Shown piece after piece: positions 12,409 to 26,331 of a DNA stretch of 64,000 nt. The notes beneath the pieces are model-generated. The model was not told where the DNA came from, did no database searches, and saw only the letters and a program-made list of their open reading frames with translations. The DNA comes from Camelus ferus (Eukaryota), in the NCBI RefSeq assembly GCF_009834535.1, contig NC_045696.1, forward strand, positions 44,518,001 to 44,582,000. The letters are read 5' to 3'. The position numbers and the translations under genes are program-made. Every line of letters begins with the position of its first letter. The stretch's first letter is position 1.

Positions 12409-13000
12409 TGTTGCTGGAGAACAGGTTCTTGCCTCGCATAGGAAAAACTTCAAAAGTGGGGCATGGGAAAGCAAGTTTACTTAGGGAGATACACACTCTC
12501 TAGGCAGAGTGGGGTCCGTCTCACTCAAAAGAGAAAGTGACTTAGGAGATAACACACTCCACAGGCAGAACGCGGGCCATCTCAAAAGGCAAGAGGGAGA
12601 GAGACCGAGAGGTGTGGGGGTGTTTAGTTTAAAGTAAGAGTGGATACGCACTCCAGAGACAGAGTGCGAGCTGTCTTAGAAGCAAGAGACAGAAAGACCA
12701 CAAGGTGCAAGAGTTGTTAGTTTTTATGGGCTCGGTAATTTCATATGCTAACAAGCAGGAGGATTATTCTAACTATGTTGGGGAAGGGGCGGGGATTTCC
12801 AGGAATTGGGCTCCCACCCACTTTTTGGAACTTTTAATGGTCAGCCTAGGAATTGTCACAGCACCTGTGGGTGTGCCATGAAACTCAAGGTCTACTGGAA
12901 GTCGAATCTTCTGCCTTCTTGGTTCTAATCAGTTTGTCCTGTCTTCAGTTGCTCTGTCATGCCTTCAATGGTTGTGCCCTGGCCCTTCCTTTTGGCCTCA
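12409..13000 (-). mobile_element. MER41-like ERV1 solo LTR
   Basis: TG...CA ends; three internal gatacacactc repeats. The core tgctaacaagcaggaggattattc...ggggcggggatttccaggaatt resembles the recalled MER41 GAS-containing region. Confidence 0.7.
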
Positions 13001-13473
13001 AATAAGAGATATACTCTGCAAATCAATTTTCCTTTCAATAAAAGTAATATTTTGATATATTGATTGGATTGGTCTCATAATCTTTAACAGTGATCTGGGA
13101 AGCCATTATCTAATAAATGGAATTCTCACTCAAATTGAAATCTATTTGTCAGTTTTGCTCTATGTCATACGTCTCCTTTAACAACTTATTTCTAAAGTTT
13201 TTATGAAACTTTCCCCTAATTACCTCAATTTATTTTAACCTCTCACTATTAAATTCTAGTGGCCTTCACAGGCTTTACCACTTATTTAGTACTTAGCACA
13301 TCCTATCCCATTATGTGAGCTACATTTTCAAATACACCTTCTCATTCTCTAAGTGAACTGTAAGCCTGCTCACGGGAAGCGCTGCCTCTCCTGCTCTTTA
13401 AACTTCTGGAGTCTGATGTTCAGTGCTCAGTTACTACTTCCTGACATTGATGATGAGATTCTAAGGAAATTAC

Positions 13474-13638
13474 CATGACAGACAATGGTAACACATGATT
13501 TATATACTGAATTATCCTTGATTCATTTTATGCATATCAGCATGAACTTCCAACCTCTGGACAGATGAAGTAAAGCAATGTAAGAAACACTTCTTTAGAA
13601 AAGTCTCAATTGTAAGGGTGGTTAGAAGTTGACTGTGT
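13474..13638 (-). pseudogene. CABIT-like pseudogene exon
   Basis: Acceptor ttctcctattttag|AC; donor ATG|GTAATT; 165 bp. Phase-compatible open frame HSQLLTTLTIETFLKKCFLH... Confidence 0.5.
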
Positions 13639-14184
13639 CTAAAATAGGAGAAGCAAATATATGTTCCTTAAATATTTCAGAGGACACACATTGGTGCCTT
13701 TGAAATTAACGAATTAGAATTTGACTTTCATTCTAGCATCTCTAGAAAATGCTAGGGAGTATGTTTTCCAGGGAGTATGGAGATTAAAATGGAGAAAATT
13801 CTATTAAACAGAGTTAGATAGTTCTGAAAACTCTAGGCAATATTTTTCCATGTTTGGGAAAAATTATAAAGGAATATAAAAGTAGAATTTGGTACAAGCT
13901 ACAGTAATCATATCTGAATGAATGCTTTTCACTCAGTGACCTCCTCAAACAAAATGTCTTTTCAACTCTTATAGTCACTGACCTTGCCAACCCAAATCAC
14001 CAATTCTCCCACCAATTCCCTGTGTGTATAACCTTGAGTAAGTTACTCTTCCTCAAATTTACTGCTGTTCTCTAGCTGTAACATGAAAATATTAATGATT
14101 CCCATTTGCCAGATTTCATGAAAATGATATGGAGCTCAGGTAACTTTCAGAAATAGTCTGTGTTCTTCAGAATAAAGATGTTTA

Positions 14185-14332
14185 GGGGGGTTGGTATAGC
14201 TTAAGTGGCAGAGCACATGCTTAGCATGCACGAGGTCCTGGGTTCAATCCCCAGTATCTCCTAAAAAAATTTAAAAATAAACAAACCTAGTTACCCACCC
14301 CCCAAAATTAAAATAAAATAGAATATTAAAAA
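14185..14332 (+). mobile_element. tRNA-Ala-derived SINE (Vic-1-like)
   Basis: A/B boxes; 11-bp TSD aaagatgttta at 14174-14184 and 14333-14343. Confidence 0.92.
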
Positions 14333-14394
14333 AAAGATGTTTAAATAATCACAACTCTTTCCTTCCAACTGAAAGATTAAGCAAATAATTCTAC

Positions 14395-14593
14395 CTATGA
14401 GAGATTAATACATGAGCTAGTTGGTCAATGACTATAATGTTTTGAACATTTAAAAATCTAGTAAATATAAGTTTATCATTGTTATAACTTTTTCCTCAGT
14501 AATTGTTTTGTCGATAGACCTATTGAATGTACTTGAACCCTTTTATAAGTTTTTTGTGGAAGAGAGAATTTACTCTATATTCTATAATTTGCA
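14395..14593 (-). pseudogene. CABIT-like pseudogene exon
   Basis: Acceptor tctcttattctgttctag|TG; donor TAG|GTAGAA. Fragments VQIIEYRVNSL, SLPQKTYKRVQV and NDKLIFTRFLNVQNIIVID. Confidence 0.55.
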
Positions 14594-15399
14594 CTAGAAC
14601 AGAATAAGAGAAATTCGTGTAATAAAAGCAAAATGAAATGCATTTTTACATGTTGACAGAATATGCTTCTGCATCTGGAATCTAGATGATATTTAATACT
14701 CAAAGTTAGCAGCAAACAGAAGATAGTCATCAACCATGTGTCACCCTTGGTATATTTAACTTGTATATTTACCATCCTCCTAGTGACATCAATTCTTCTT
14801 GTGCAAACATTTAATAAATACTGTCCAAGGTTAACTCTAAAGCTCACAAGCCAGCAGAATAAGCTCACAGTATCTTAATCCTAAAATAAGCTAAATTTTA
14901 ATGTGACAGAAGGAAACAATAACAACAACAACAAACCTCTAACACACTGCTGAAAAATTTCAGAAACTTCTCCCTAAGACCATATAACCTACATGTTTTT
15001 GGAACATGTATATATACCCATAGAGATACATTAGCAGAATGGAGAAAAACTCTACCCTTTAAAAATTACGTTAGGAAATTCAGAGTAGAGGACCTAGAAT
15101 CAAATCAAGGAAACTCTATAGAGCAATATAAATAAATTTCTCATTCACTGATTTATGAACCACTTACATCTGAGACTAGCAATCACCTCCCTCTGAGGTG
15201 TTACCTTGTGCCCCTCTGTCTTCTTTTCTGCAGCTATAAATCAATCCCTCACCATTAATCATCCTAACTAGTCTTCATCCTTCTAAACACAAACCAAAGG
15301 ATGCTAATTTCACCCCACTCATTCTGTATTTACAATGTTTTCAACCTGTCCCCTGTCCTTCTGCCTTTTCTTCCCTTTCAGTGTAATTATCATTTACAG

Positions 15400-15860
15400 C
15401 TGTAATTTACTTCCATGGAGGACCTACTATGTGTCAAGCACTCCAAGAACTTCACATACACTTCAAGTCATATATGCATGTATATATGAACACAATCACA
15501 TACATATGCAATTACATATGCATATATATACATGTACACATAACCATGTGCACACCTTCACATACACAATTACATTCAGTCCACAATCACATCAGACATG
15601 CAAGCACTTACTTATACATAATCACATACACAATTACATACATCACAATAACACAATCATACAATCACATATTCATATAAGACTACACACATGCATACAG
15701 TTTAATCCTCTTAAAAATGCAGTGAGTTTGGGTCCTACTACTATCATCCTTTCTTTTCAGATGAGGAAGTGAGGTCCAGAGAGTTGTGCAATATTACACA
15801 GCTTGTAAGTGCTGAGGCCTGTATTTGAAGAGTAATCAATCTGACTGAGTCCACAGTCTT
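15400..15860 (-). mobile_element. MIR with an internal degenerate CA/CATA low-complexity expansion (~15450-15700)
   Basis: gacctactatgtgtcaagcact...tttaatcctc...cagatgaggaagtgagg. Confidence 0.7.
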
Positions 15861-17612
15861 CATCAAAATTCTATACGGTTTTGCACCAACAAAATGCCTA
15901 TAGTTCTTAATTCTAATAACTGACTGCTCTGTCACTACTCTGTGTTTAAGCTATAATTATTCATTTTTTCTAATGACATTGCTAGTCCCAAATTATGACC
16001 TCTCAGATGACTGCACCAGATTTTATACAATGCCTTCTGTAAAACACATTTCCCTGCATTGGTAAATATTTAATAAAGCATATTTTGACCATTATTATAA
16101 ATTTAGGTAAGTGAATCATCATCTCTGAATGTTAAGCATTTTCAAAACAATATTTTACTAAATTCTAGATGTTTAATGATAACTATGTGTACCCATGTAA
16201 TTGCTTCTTCCATAAAATTCCAACTTTATCTTTTTTCTTTACTCATTCATAGTATTCTCCCCCCTTTTCTGGTTCTCCCTTTTCTATATTCTCTCTCATT
16301 CATTTTATTCAAGCACTGGATCATGGGAAACAAATAATATTCTCTCACCAGAATCATGTCCACCTTGAATCTTTGGATTCTATGTCTGGACATTATTAGA
16401 AAAACACTATTAGAAAAACCAGCCAAAGCAGTCCCTGGAATATATGACCCACTTATTAGACTAAAGTTTTAATTTACTAAATTGATTCTAGTAATTTTGG
16501 CTTCTTTCATTATTTTTTTACAACACTTGAAGATTTTTAATTGCTGCATCTATTGACACAGGTTTTCTTTTGAATAATAAATACACTCCCCACTGCAAAC
16601 TCTAGGAATACATTTTATCAAGTTATTTTACAAAAGAAAACAAAGACAAAGAGAAAATACAAACCTTTTTTAGAGTATCCTACCTCTTTAACAACATAGT
16701 ACAAATGGCTGTTTAAAAAGATCATGTTTATCAATTACTCTGCTTGTTTAAATTTCATTTAATTATAAATTTACCAATTATTAGAACATTACATAGGCAA
16801 TGCTTTAAAATTTGTTTTTTTTTTTAGTAATAACAATCTTAATTATATCAATAAAACAAGCTCTCTGCCTTTCCATTTGGAAAGGAAAATGTGTATTTCA
16901 TGAGAGCAAGAAGCTGTCAGATAACCAATTTGTAAACCAAGAGAACTATGAAAAAAAGGATAAATTCATGCTCAGTTAAAACTATCCCTCAGAAATGTAT
17001 AAGCCTGTAAAAAATACACAATAGACTCAAGTACTATTATTCAGTTCCCTCTCCAGCCCTCCTCCTTGTCAAGGCCCATTTTATAGACCAAGAAATCAAC
17101 ATGCAGAATATTATATGCCACTTACTAATTTAAAAAAATAGTCATCTATCCCAAATTTCCATGTCATTATAGACTAAATTTATTCCACGTTTCTTACAAA
17201 GCAAATTTTGCCTTAAAATAATTCTCGGGACGCTCTCAAAAAAGGGTCCCTATTTATTCTATTATAAAAAATATGAAAATATATATGTACACATATGTAC
17301 CTAGTTATTTAGAAAATAATAGATAATATTATTTTCAAACTACAAAATCTATACAGAATTCCATATACTCATAGAAACATTATCAGTGACCTCAATACAA
17401 ATTTTAGTATTAATTACTAATTCATGACATTAACTTACCAATGATAAATGTATCTTACTAAAGACACACTACAATTTTAACTGCTGCATTTATTGATACA
17501 CATTTTCTTTTAAACAATAAATCCATAAAACTCCAGGATTTTAATACATTTTTCAAATTATTTTACAAAAAAGTAAATGGAAACAAATTCAAAATTCTTC
17601 AGAGAACTTTAC

Positions 17613-17942
17613 CTCTTTAGTAAAGTCGTGTCTTTCATGTAAGAAAGTCAGCAATGGGTTGTTAAATGAAAATAAAGATCTTGTTTAAGAACTCCTGTGT
17701 CATGGAAAACACTCAGGTTTCTAAGCTTTGATGGAAATTCTGACCTATTCATGTGCAAATGATATCCTCTATCACCTACTCTTCTTTGGTGTTTTGGGTG
17801 TTTTCCCCCACATCACTCCACCTGACAAGTGGTTAGGAAATATTTTTTCGGCAAGCATCTGTCTAGTTTAGAAAATGTCATTTCCTCTGTAGTTGAAGTC
17901 ATGGACTTTCATGAAGGAAAAACCATTCTCCGGGTCACTTAA
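17613..17942 (-). pseudogene. CABIT-like pseudogene exon (end of repeat 4)
   Basis: Acceptor ggtctcacag|TT; donor GAG|GTAAAG; 330 bp. Spliced reading LR|VK*PGEWFFLHESP*LQLQ (cf. [20 protein letters not shown]). Confidence 0.7.
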
Positions 17943-18267
17943 CTGTGAGACCACAAAGGTCAAAGCTACTGAGCATCAAAATAGTGGTTAATTCAGTGAT
18001 ATAATAACTAAACTGGTATGCTGATACTGTTTTTAAAATCTCTGATATTGCCTGAAATGTATGCTTATTGCCCAGGTGGGTTTAGCAAAGGATTAAAGAG
18101 GTAGACATTAATTATTTCTGTCTAAGAGTCATTTTAAAAATTTAATCATATAATTTTTGTTAATAAAATTAATACTATTCTAATAAGTTAGAAAATTGAA
18201 GTTACGGAAAAAGAAAGGTGAGAGAACAAAATCATCCATCTTCCTACACTATGAAGGTTTGTATTAC

Positions 18268-18315
18268 CCCGTAAGCAGATTTCCTTCGTAGTATGCACAT
18301 GACATAATACACCAT
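18268..18315 (-). pseudogene. CABIT-like pseudogene exon carrying the candidate core Cys (repeat 4)
   Basis: Acceptor gtttctgctttag|AT; donor GG|GTAATA; 48 bp; DGVLCHVHTTKEICLR (cf. GAREM1 [15 protein letters not shown]). Confidence 0.65.
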
Positions 18316-18449
18316 CTAAAGCAGAAACAGCAATGCAAAAGCCAGGAGATTCAGTAAAAGACCAAAACAACAACAACAACCTATGCAACTACAGCAAGCT
18401 TCCATATAGGTATTATTTGGGTACTTGGAAGATGGTATCAACAAAATAC

Positions 18450-18534
18450 CTCATTAAATCATTAATTTCAACTGCCTTCTTCATCAAACTTTTGAAGGAC
18501 TTTCTGAAGAAAAAGTGGTAGGAAATAGAAACTT
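18450..18534 (-). pseudogene. CABIT-like pseudogene exon (repeat 4)
   Basis: Acceptor tttgcttgacttacag|AA; donor GAG|GTATTT; 85 bp. The phase-0 frame has four stops, but a shifted frame is open (RKSFKSLMKKAVEINDLM). Confidence 0.55.
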
Positions 18535-19422
18535 CTGTAAGTCAAGCAAAGGAAAGTTAAAGAAAATGACATTAATGAAGCCAGAATAATCCAGAAACTA
18601 AGTAATCAACCTCTAAATTTAAAAAAAAAAAATTATTTATCCTGTAAAAATTATGAAGACATTGAAGTTTAAAGAACTCATTGCCATTTAAATCTTACAT
18701 CCAGTTTTCTCTTAACGGCAATAATTTCTAAAATGTTCTTTGCATAATAGCTAACAGCAAAATCTAGAATAAAGTTTCATTATACCGAAACTTCTAGGTG
18801 CTACAGTATTCAGGTTACATGAATATATTTCAAATATAGTGCTATAGTGCATTGTTGACTTTTCAACAAAAGGCTCCTATTTTATGTTCATTTCTAAATC
18901 CCTTCAACTACTTTTAACTAGAAAGACCCCAGTTGCATGGCCCTGCACTAAGCAATGAGACTGGAGGGCAGTGAGTATGAAAAACATATGTCAATTATTA
19001 TTGACATAATATATGTCAGTAAAATATGTATCAGAATATATGGTCCACAGTGACTGGCACTTAGTAAGTGTTCATTAAACTTAGTTCTCTTCCTTTCTTT
19101 CATAAAAATAGGTTTGCTCTCTGTTGACAAGGTCTGTCTTTCTTGTCTGCTGCTTTTTTCTCTTCACCTAGCCCAATCCCTGGCACAAAGAAAGAAATCA
19201 AAATATATAAGTGAACAAATTAATGAAATAAGAGAGTCATCTATGGATTTAGCTTTAGAAAGCTCAATTATTTAGTCATTTTCATGCATCTTCAAAATTA
19301 TGAGAATTAGCACATTATCACTTAATAAATTGGTAGTTATTCTAAAAAGAAAAGCATTTTTAATGTACTGCCATGAAATAAATTGACTCTCTAGGTACCC
19401 CCCAGAATACCATCACACATAC

Positions 19423-19454
19423 CTGTGCAGACGTTAGCCTCAGTTGAAGAATAT
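19423..19454 (-). pseudogene. CABIT-like pseudogene micro-exon (repeat 4)
   Basis: Acceptor ttctgtcag|AT; donor CAG|GTATGT; 32 bp; DILQLRLTSAQ. Joined to the previous exon it gives FKICDILQL, matching the GD.L.l motif position. Confidence 0.6.
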
Positions 19455-20034
19455 CTGACAGAATTTTAATAAAGTTAATGAAGAGATTATTACTTGCTAA
19501 CTTATACATAGTGCCAAAATAATCCTCATTTTTAAAATCTGTTTTTGTTATTTAACAAGAAATGATTATACAGAGGACTTATATATTGACCAACCCCAAA
19601 TAAACATAGGATTTTCAATGATAAAATAGAACTTGTGTGATATTTTGAAGCCCATTCTTCATTCTGACTGTTGTCTACATGGGAACATTGACATGGTATC
19701 CAAAATCCACAATGGGAAACTAAAGTCTACTTTTATAAATTTGAAGACCTACAGCAATTTATTCTCAGGTATCTTTAACACCACTGTATTCATCTAATAA
19801 TTTTTCACAACAGGAAAAAAAAAACAACCTATTAACACCATATTTCAATGAGTTTTGATTGAAAGACTTTCCTTCTTGGCACAAGCATCAGTAGACTCTA
19901 TATGATGCTTTTGACTCTAAGCCAAACCAGTGTTATCAAGGAACAGAGGTAATAATATTTGGGGAAAATCCAACTGTCATACCATTCAAAAACTTCAGTG
20001 ACTTCCTTCATCTAACAAGTAAGTCCATGCTTGC

Positions 20035-20310
20035 GGTAGGACAGATTTCAGGAGCACATATGCAGAGACTTAACTACCCAGGATTAACCAAACAGACATT
20101 TTATTTTTCTCATATGCCATGAAGTCTAGAAGTAAGTGAAAGAAAGGTAGAATGCTCCAAAATTACAGAACAAATTAAAGGTTTTTTTCATTTACTCACA
20201 TGAAACTTTTGTCCTCACAATACTTCTGCTATGATTGCAAGATTGCTACTGTGCCTTCATCACTGCATCCTTAATCCATGCAGGAAAGAGTGGAAGGGAG
20301 CCTTCCTTCC
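20035..20310 (-). mobile_element. MaLR (MLT1-like) LTR fragment
   Basis: ggattaaccaaacagacattttatttttctcat...caagattgctactgtgcc. Confidence 0.5.
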
Positions 20311-20479
20311 TGCTTCCCCGCCATCTTTTCGAGTTCATTCATTTCCCCACTGTCCAACAACTACCAGTTCATACGTTCTCCTCTACCAAAGCCTCCGTAT
20401 TTCCATATATGCACATCAGCACATTCAGCTCATATTTCCCGGAGAAACCTGAAGCAAGCCATAAAAAATTTTGAGACGC

Positions 20480-21730
20480 TTCCATCACCACACCTTCTCA
20501 CCTATCAGCTTCAAGACTGGATATTTTTCCAAAACTTTCTCTTGTATACAAGATCTCAGCCTATTTCATCCACCAAAGAGTATTGCACTCTGTCTCTTAT
20601 TATTTCCAGTCAGCAAATAAACATGCTGTCATTTCTCCATCTGAGTTTTTAAAAATCTCAGGTTTACAGCCCCTTTGACTCTATCCTTTCTGAAATTTTC
20701 TTGACATCCAGAGCATTCTACCCTCTTGGTTTTCTTCGTACCTCACTCACTGCTCCTTCTAAATCCCCTTTGCTAATTCCCTTCACAACTCAAACTCTTT
20801 ACAAGAGAAAGCCCCGGGACTCCCTTCTTTTCTCCTCTCTATCCATATCCTTTTCATGACCTTTTGATGTCTCAGTGCTTTAAAACTGTCTTTATGCTGA
20901 CAGGACCCAAATAAGTATCTCCAGTCAAGATTTCTCCCCTGCCTAAATCCAAGAGTCACTTCGATAGCTCTATGTTAATAGGCCTCTCAAATTTTACGAG
21001 TCCCAGCCAAGTCCCTGATGTCTACACCTTAGAAAAACAAATAAGAAAAACAGAACAACAACAGCAAAACCCTGTTTCTCAGAAATCTTTCCCATCTGGG
21101 TTTCTCAATTAATAGTCATAACATCCTATCCCTAGTTAAGGACAAACTCTCATAATTGTCTTTATCTTTTGGAGGGGGAGGAAATTAGGCTTATTTATTT
21201 ACTTATTGTTTTTAGTAGAAGTACCCAGGATTGTACCCAGGATTGAACCCAAGACCTCTGGCTTGCTAAGCATGCACTCTACCCCTGAGCTATACTCTCC
21301 CCTACTTTCCTACTATTCTTGATTTTCCTTGAACACACTAGGCACATTGCTGACCCAGGTATCAGGAATTCCTGCTCCTTCTGCCTTGAATTCTCTCTTC
21401 CCAAAAATCAACAAGAAGTGCTTCCTTATCTCTAATTTTTTGCTCCAATAATGGGGCTCTATATGACCATACTACTTAAAAGTAAAACAATCTTCTTACT
21501 TGTTTTCTCCTCATAGTACTCACGTAACGTACTGCATATTTTCCTTTTGGGGCAGGGTGGAGGAGTTGTGTTCAATGCTCCCCCTTTTCCCGTTAGAATT
21601 AAGCTCATCCAGATTAGAGATTGCTCTGTTTCATTTATTTGTTTGTTTTCTATTGCTGTATCTCCAGTGCCTAGAACAGTGCCTGGCTTAGAGCAGATAC
21701 CAATAAATAAGTATTCAACTAAATAAAATA
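20480..21730 (+). mobile_element. LINE-2 3' region
   Basis: Pyrimidine-rich body ending ctgtatctccagtgcctagaacagtgcctggc...caataaata. Confidence 0.8.
21161..21302 (-). mobile_element. tRNA-Ala-derived SINE (Vic-1-like) nested in L2
   Basis: gattgaacccaagacctc...gcttgctaagcatgcactctacccctgagctatactctcccc, with a 12-bp internal duplication gtacccaggatt. Confidence 0.85.
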
Positions 21731-23779
21731 CATGGAAAATTGTGTAATCTGGCCACCCCCAGAAGTCTTGGAAACATACATTTTCTTGGGTATATCACTG
21801 CTGTGAAAAAATTAGGGTCCCATTTGTAAGGAAAATAGGTGGCAATGGATACTGTACATGTAGCCAACAGTCTTCCACACATAGTCTTCTAAGAAATGGC
21901 TCAAGCCAGCATTTTTTAGCCTCCTCTCCCCACCACTTACACAACAGGACTATTCAGATGTATCAAGCAATTGGCCTTTCTTCAAGCAACACGTGTTTTT
22001 GTTTTTTTGTGTTTTTTTTCCTTAACTTTTGCTCAAGTTCTTTTCTTTCCCGAAATTCATCCTTTATATCTCAGCCTAGAAATCTTTGAACTCACATGAC
22101 CATTCTCCACTTCCCTTTCTGAAGAATTCATATTCAAATTTGAAAACTCAGTTCAAGTTCACTTGCCCTCTTCTCAAAAACCTGTCCAGTCTCTCTTTGG
22201 GTTTTGATGAAACTTCCCTTTGCATGTTTCTGTTACTGCATCCATAGTGCTATATCTATTACTTTTTAAATGACAAATTAGTAAGATCCAGAAATCCAGA
22301 AATTTCTCTTTAATTAACTTAATTTTTATTATACTAAAATTTGTTCTATATTTCTCTCACTTTCCCCCCAAATAAGTGAATGAATGAATTTTGAAAGAGT
22401 AAATTTTTTACAAAAATATGTCACTTAAGGTAATTCTATCTCTTACACAGAATCTGAATGTAGATTTTTCTTTTTAGGGTGATTTAAGGCTTTAAAGTCA
22501 GAGGCAAATAATTTTTTTTGCCTTTGCCCCATATCAAAATTTTCACTCTTCCCTTCTTGGGTCCTCTCCATGTTGCCCTTTGTCTACCCCCTTGGATTCC
22601 ATTACCACATTCATCTCCAACTGCACTACATAAATCACAGGCAAGAACTTAAAAAGAATCTGATTCATTAGACTAAGCTAGACTGGACTAAGTATAGTTT
22701 TAAAAAGGACTGTGAGTTAACTGGGAATGGAACTAGCTGTCCCAATACCATTCAACTAGTACAGTGCCTAGTACGTAGCAATATCTAGTAAGTATTTGTT
22801 GGATGAATGACTCATTGAGTAATTAAATGAATATAAAATAAGAAACACAGCTAAGTAGAATAGGGATATTCAGGTTATGAACACAGTGGCATTCCAAGGC
22901 AATAATCATCAAATGGTGTTGGAACAGCTGAGGAAGACTTTTAAAAAGAAATATTGAAATCAATCACATAATTTATTTCAAATTTCATTTAATCCATAAG
23001 TGGATTTAAAAATTAAGATAAAAAATAAAATCTTGAAATTAGGAGGAAAACATAGGTGAATTTACATTGTTTTGATGCATTCTATAAGATGACAAAGAAT
23101 AAACCAAAAAATAAGCATTTTTATTAGGCAGTGGTAAGTACTACAAAGAAAAATGAAAGAAAGAAAGGAAATTGGAACTATCGGATTATCCCTAGAAAAA
23201 TAATTTTTTTTTTAAAGTTTAACAATAGCTATCCATCTATATGTTATGGGTGTTTTCTCTTTTATAACTCTATACATTACCCAATTTTTATAATGTGTTA
23301 TTTATACAAGAAATCATTTCCTTTCCTTTTTTCATAAGGGAAAATATAGACATAAAATACAAAAGCAAATAAAATTTTAAAATTTCAGTGTCACAATTTT
23401 CTACAGGACTGAAGTTATCCTAAAACAAGATGATTTTCTGAGAATGGGAGGAGTTTCACTGACCTGAAGAAACTTAAGAAGGAGAAAAAAAAAAAAAATC
23501 AAGGCAACACATTAACGTCAAAGAGTGACAGAAAAAAAGCTAATCTTCCCAAACCATCCATTGTGCCATGTTATTTTCTAACCGAAATTACTAGCTTCAG
23601 TACTTTCAGTTTCTATTCACTACAATAGTTCCACACTATGCCAGGCTAAGTAGTGGCTTTTAATCTTACAAATATTTCAGTTTCATCTTACTGCCTCTTC
23701 CCTGAATCTAGAAACAAATACACCTTTGAGGCCTAACATCCTCAAAGTGATTTGCTTATAAATATTTAACAACCGATTC

Positions 23780-23920
23780 ACTGTAGGTGCTTATTGGAAG
23801 AGGGGGAGCCCTAATTTGTACAATTTGCCCATTTCTACAGCGTAAATACCCCTACCATGGCTGATTTCCCAAAGCTGGGAAGAGAGAAGTTTCCCTGAAC
23901 CAAGTCAAACCAGTTTCAAC
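23780..23920. mobile_element. MER102-like hAT fragment
   Basis: gccctaatttgtacaatttgcccatttctacagcgtaaatacccctaccatggctgatttc. Confidence 0.5.
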
Positions 23921-26331
23921 AGACATTAAGCCAAGTCTTCCATCATCTGCCCACCTCACACATTTAATCTCTTCTTCTACTATTTCACACAGGAACTCTT
24001 CCCTCAAGCTAAATCAGAACATCCTTTACACACTGACCTTGTTCCCTATGTCCATGCTGCTTCCCTCCCTGGGATTATAGGGCAACCACCTCTCTATCTA
24101 TATACTGCCCATGGTTCCATATGCTACCAATAGTTCTAAGCTGTATTCAGACTCACCTGTATTCAGACTCACCTTATGTCACATAATAAAGTGTTCTTTG
24201 CCCCTCTTTTTCTCAGTGATGTTTCCTTCTTTGGAACTCCTCCAGTTCATATTTCTTAGGCACTTTTGAGTTAGGCACTAAGCTCATAGTCCACACATAG
24301 CAAACCAAACAGCTACAGACCATGCCTTTTATAAAACATACTTTTGAGACATTAATCAAGTACTCACAGCCATGTATATGAGAAACTGACATGTTAAGAA
24401 GGATGCTAAAAGAGCACCGCGTAACAGATGACTTGATTTCTTCTGAAGGACCTTGTGTTCTGCCACTGTGCGGTATAAATTTTATTTCTGAAAGTATATT
24501 GTGTTCCTTAAGTTCAAGGTATATATCTGTTATATCTCCATTGACTATGCCTTGTCTCAGTGTTATCTCTGCTTTTAGCAGGTTTTCAGGAACAGAGTTG
24601 GGGTTTTAAAAGAATGTCTTGATCAGACTTGACCTTACAGAGTAGGTGAGGACACAGGTAGGAGGGCAGCAGAGACCATGGATGAAAGAGAATGTCGGCA
24701 GGAGAGAAGGGAATCACACAAGAATTGAGGCTGACCAGAGCACTAATCTGGGCTGAAGCAGAGACCAGATAGAACTGCCCATGGATCTGATGGCCAGGAA
24801 GGGGTTAATCAAGACTGAAGGGCACTGATAGCAGCTCACCTAAGTCAGATTAAGAAGGCTCTCCACCTCTCAGGTAACCAGCTTTGCACATTTCAGAAGT
24901 CTATAGGGATGACATACATTTTTCACAAAAATCAGCATCCTCGAAAAAAATGATATTAACAAACTTACATCATTCCATTAATGATAATGAACCAAAAGGG
25001 TTAGGGACAGCAGTAGGGTTCTAAACAATTAATAGGTGACTTCATATTTATAGGCACCTTCCTCACAAAGGTCTACTGACTGGCCAAGGCAGGCCTTCCA
25101 TCCTCCCCAACACTTACAGCCTCATTTTTAATACTTTTTACGGCTTTATTTAGAAGAAAAGAAAGGTAGAAGTATTTGGAGAAAAAACAAATTATCCATT
25201 ATAGATAGAAAAATCCTCATAGTTTACAAAAGAGATGATGAAATCCATGTACAATAATTAAGCTTCCCTTCTTCCTCTATTTTCATAGAAACACATGACA
25301 CTAAAGTTTAGCTGATATGTAATATTTCCACCTACACTGGATAACTACACAAATATTACAGATGAGATAACAATACACATAACTAAGACTTATTCTTAAA
25401 GACCAATTCATTTTAGATTTCATACAATCTAAGAATTATGTTCTTCATGGGTGGCCTGTGAAATGGATTTTGGGAGAATGTAAGATATTGAGGAACACAA
25501 ATAGTGTAATATAAGATATCCAGGTAATTCTGACAAACTCACCACCTTGCCTTGATCTCTCCAAAACAACCACTTTGAGAACCACTGGTGTACAGCCAGC
25601 AATGTTCAAACCCAGCCTTGGACACATTTGCCAGTATCATTTCTTCCTCCATGCCAGTATCAGCAACATAGTTCAAACTTCCACAACTACAAACACAGTC
25701 CTGTCCAGCACTAAATTAACTCTATTTTATAATTTCTCTTCCCTGAAAAAAATTTATATCCACTACCAAAAAAATGTACTTCCAGTATAAAACTTTTTAT
25801 AAATCTTTCGCAATGAAACAAAACCTTCTAGCTTCTCTGATTTCCTTAATCTCGAACTAAATTAAACCTCAAGACTATCATTATTTTAGTATCAAATCAC
25901 ACTTTTATTTATAAAAACAAATGCTGAACAAGAGTAGCACTCTCAGATGATCAGAGTTTTTAAAACTGGGATAAATCTTGTAGTGTGCCCTGTACTTTCT
26001 CAGCTTTTATTTGTACACTGAACAAATTATTAGCTTTCTGATACCAACATCTCAGCAGCAATCGTATTCTCCTTAATGACTTCCCTCTGCTTTTTTCAAT
26101 ACCTTAATGCTTGGCTATCAAAACTTCAAAATTTCCTGACTTCTTTCAACATTTTCAGTGATAATCTAAAGTTAGAACAAGAAGTTCAAGTGGGCTTAAT
26201 ACAAAGTCTCTTGTCTCCTTGAGTGAACATACAAAAATATATATCCAATACAGCATAAATTCTGTTGTCAAGTCTGAGATGGTTTGACTTCCATGACTTT
26301 ATCTTATTTATCTTTCTTCTTTTAATTTAGA

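Noticed and set aside
14185..14262. Apparent tRNA-Ala gene (also 2347-2420 and 21230-21302)
   Set aside because: Followed by SINE tails and flanked by a TSD, so these are retroposed SINEs rather than tRNA genes.
15335..15772. 145-aa His/Ile/Thr-rich ORF
   Set aside because: Translation of a degenerate CA/CATA microsatellite inside a MIR.
24141..24172. 16-bp tandem duplication ctgtattcagactcac containing a minus-strand GTGAGT donor
   Set aside because: No matching acceptor or frame that fits the gene model; probably a simple slippage duplication.
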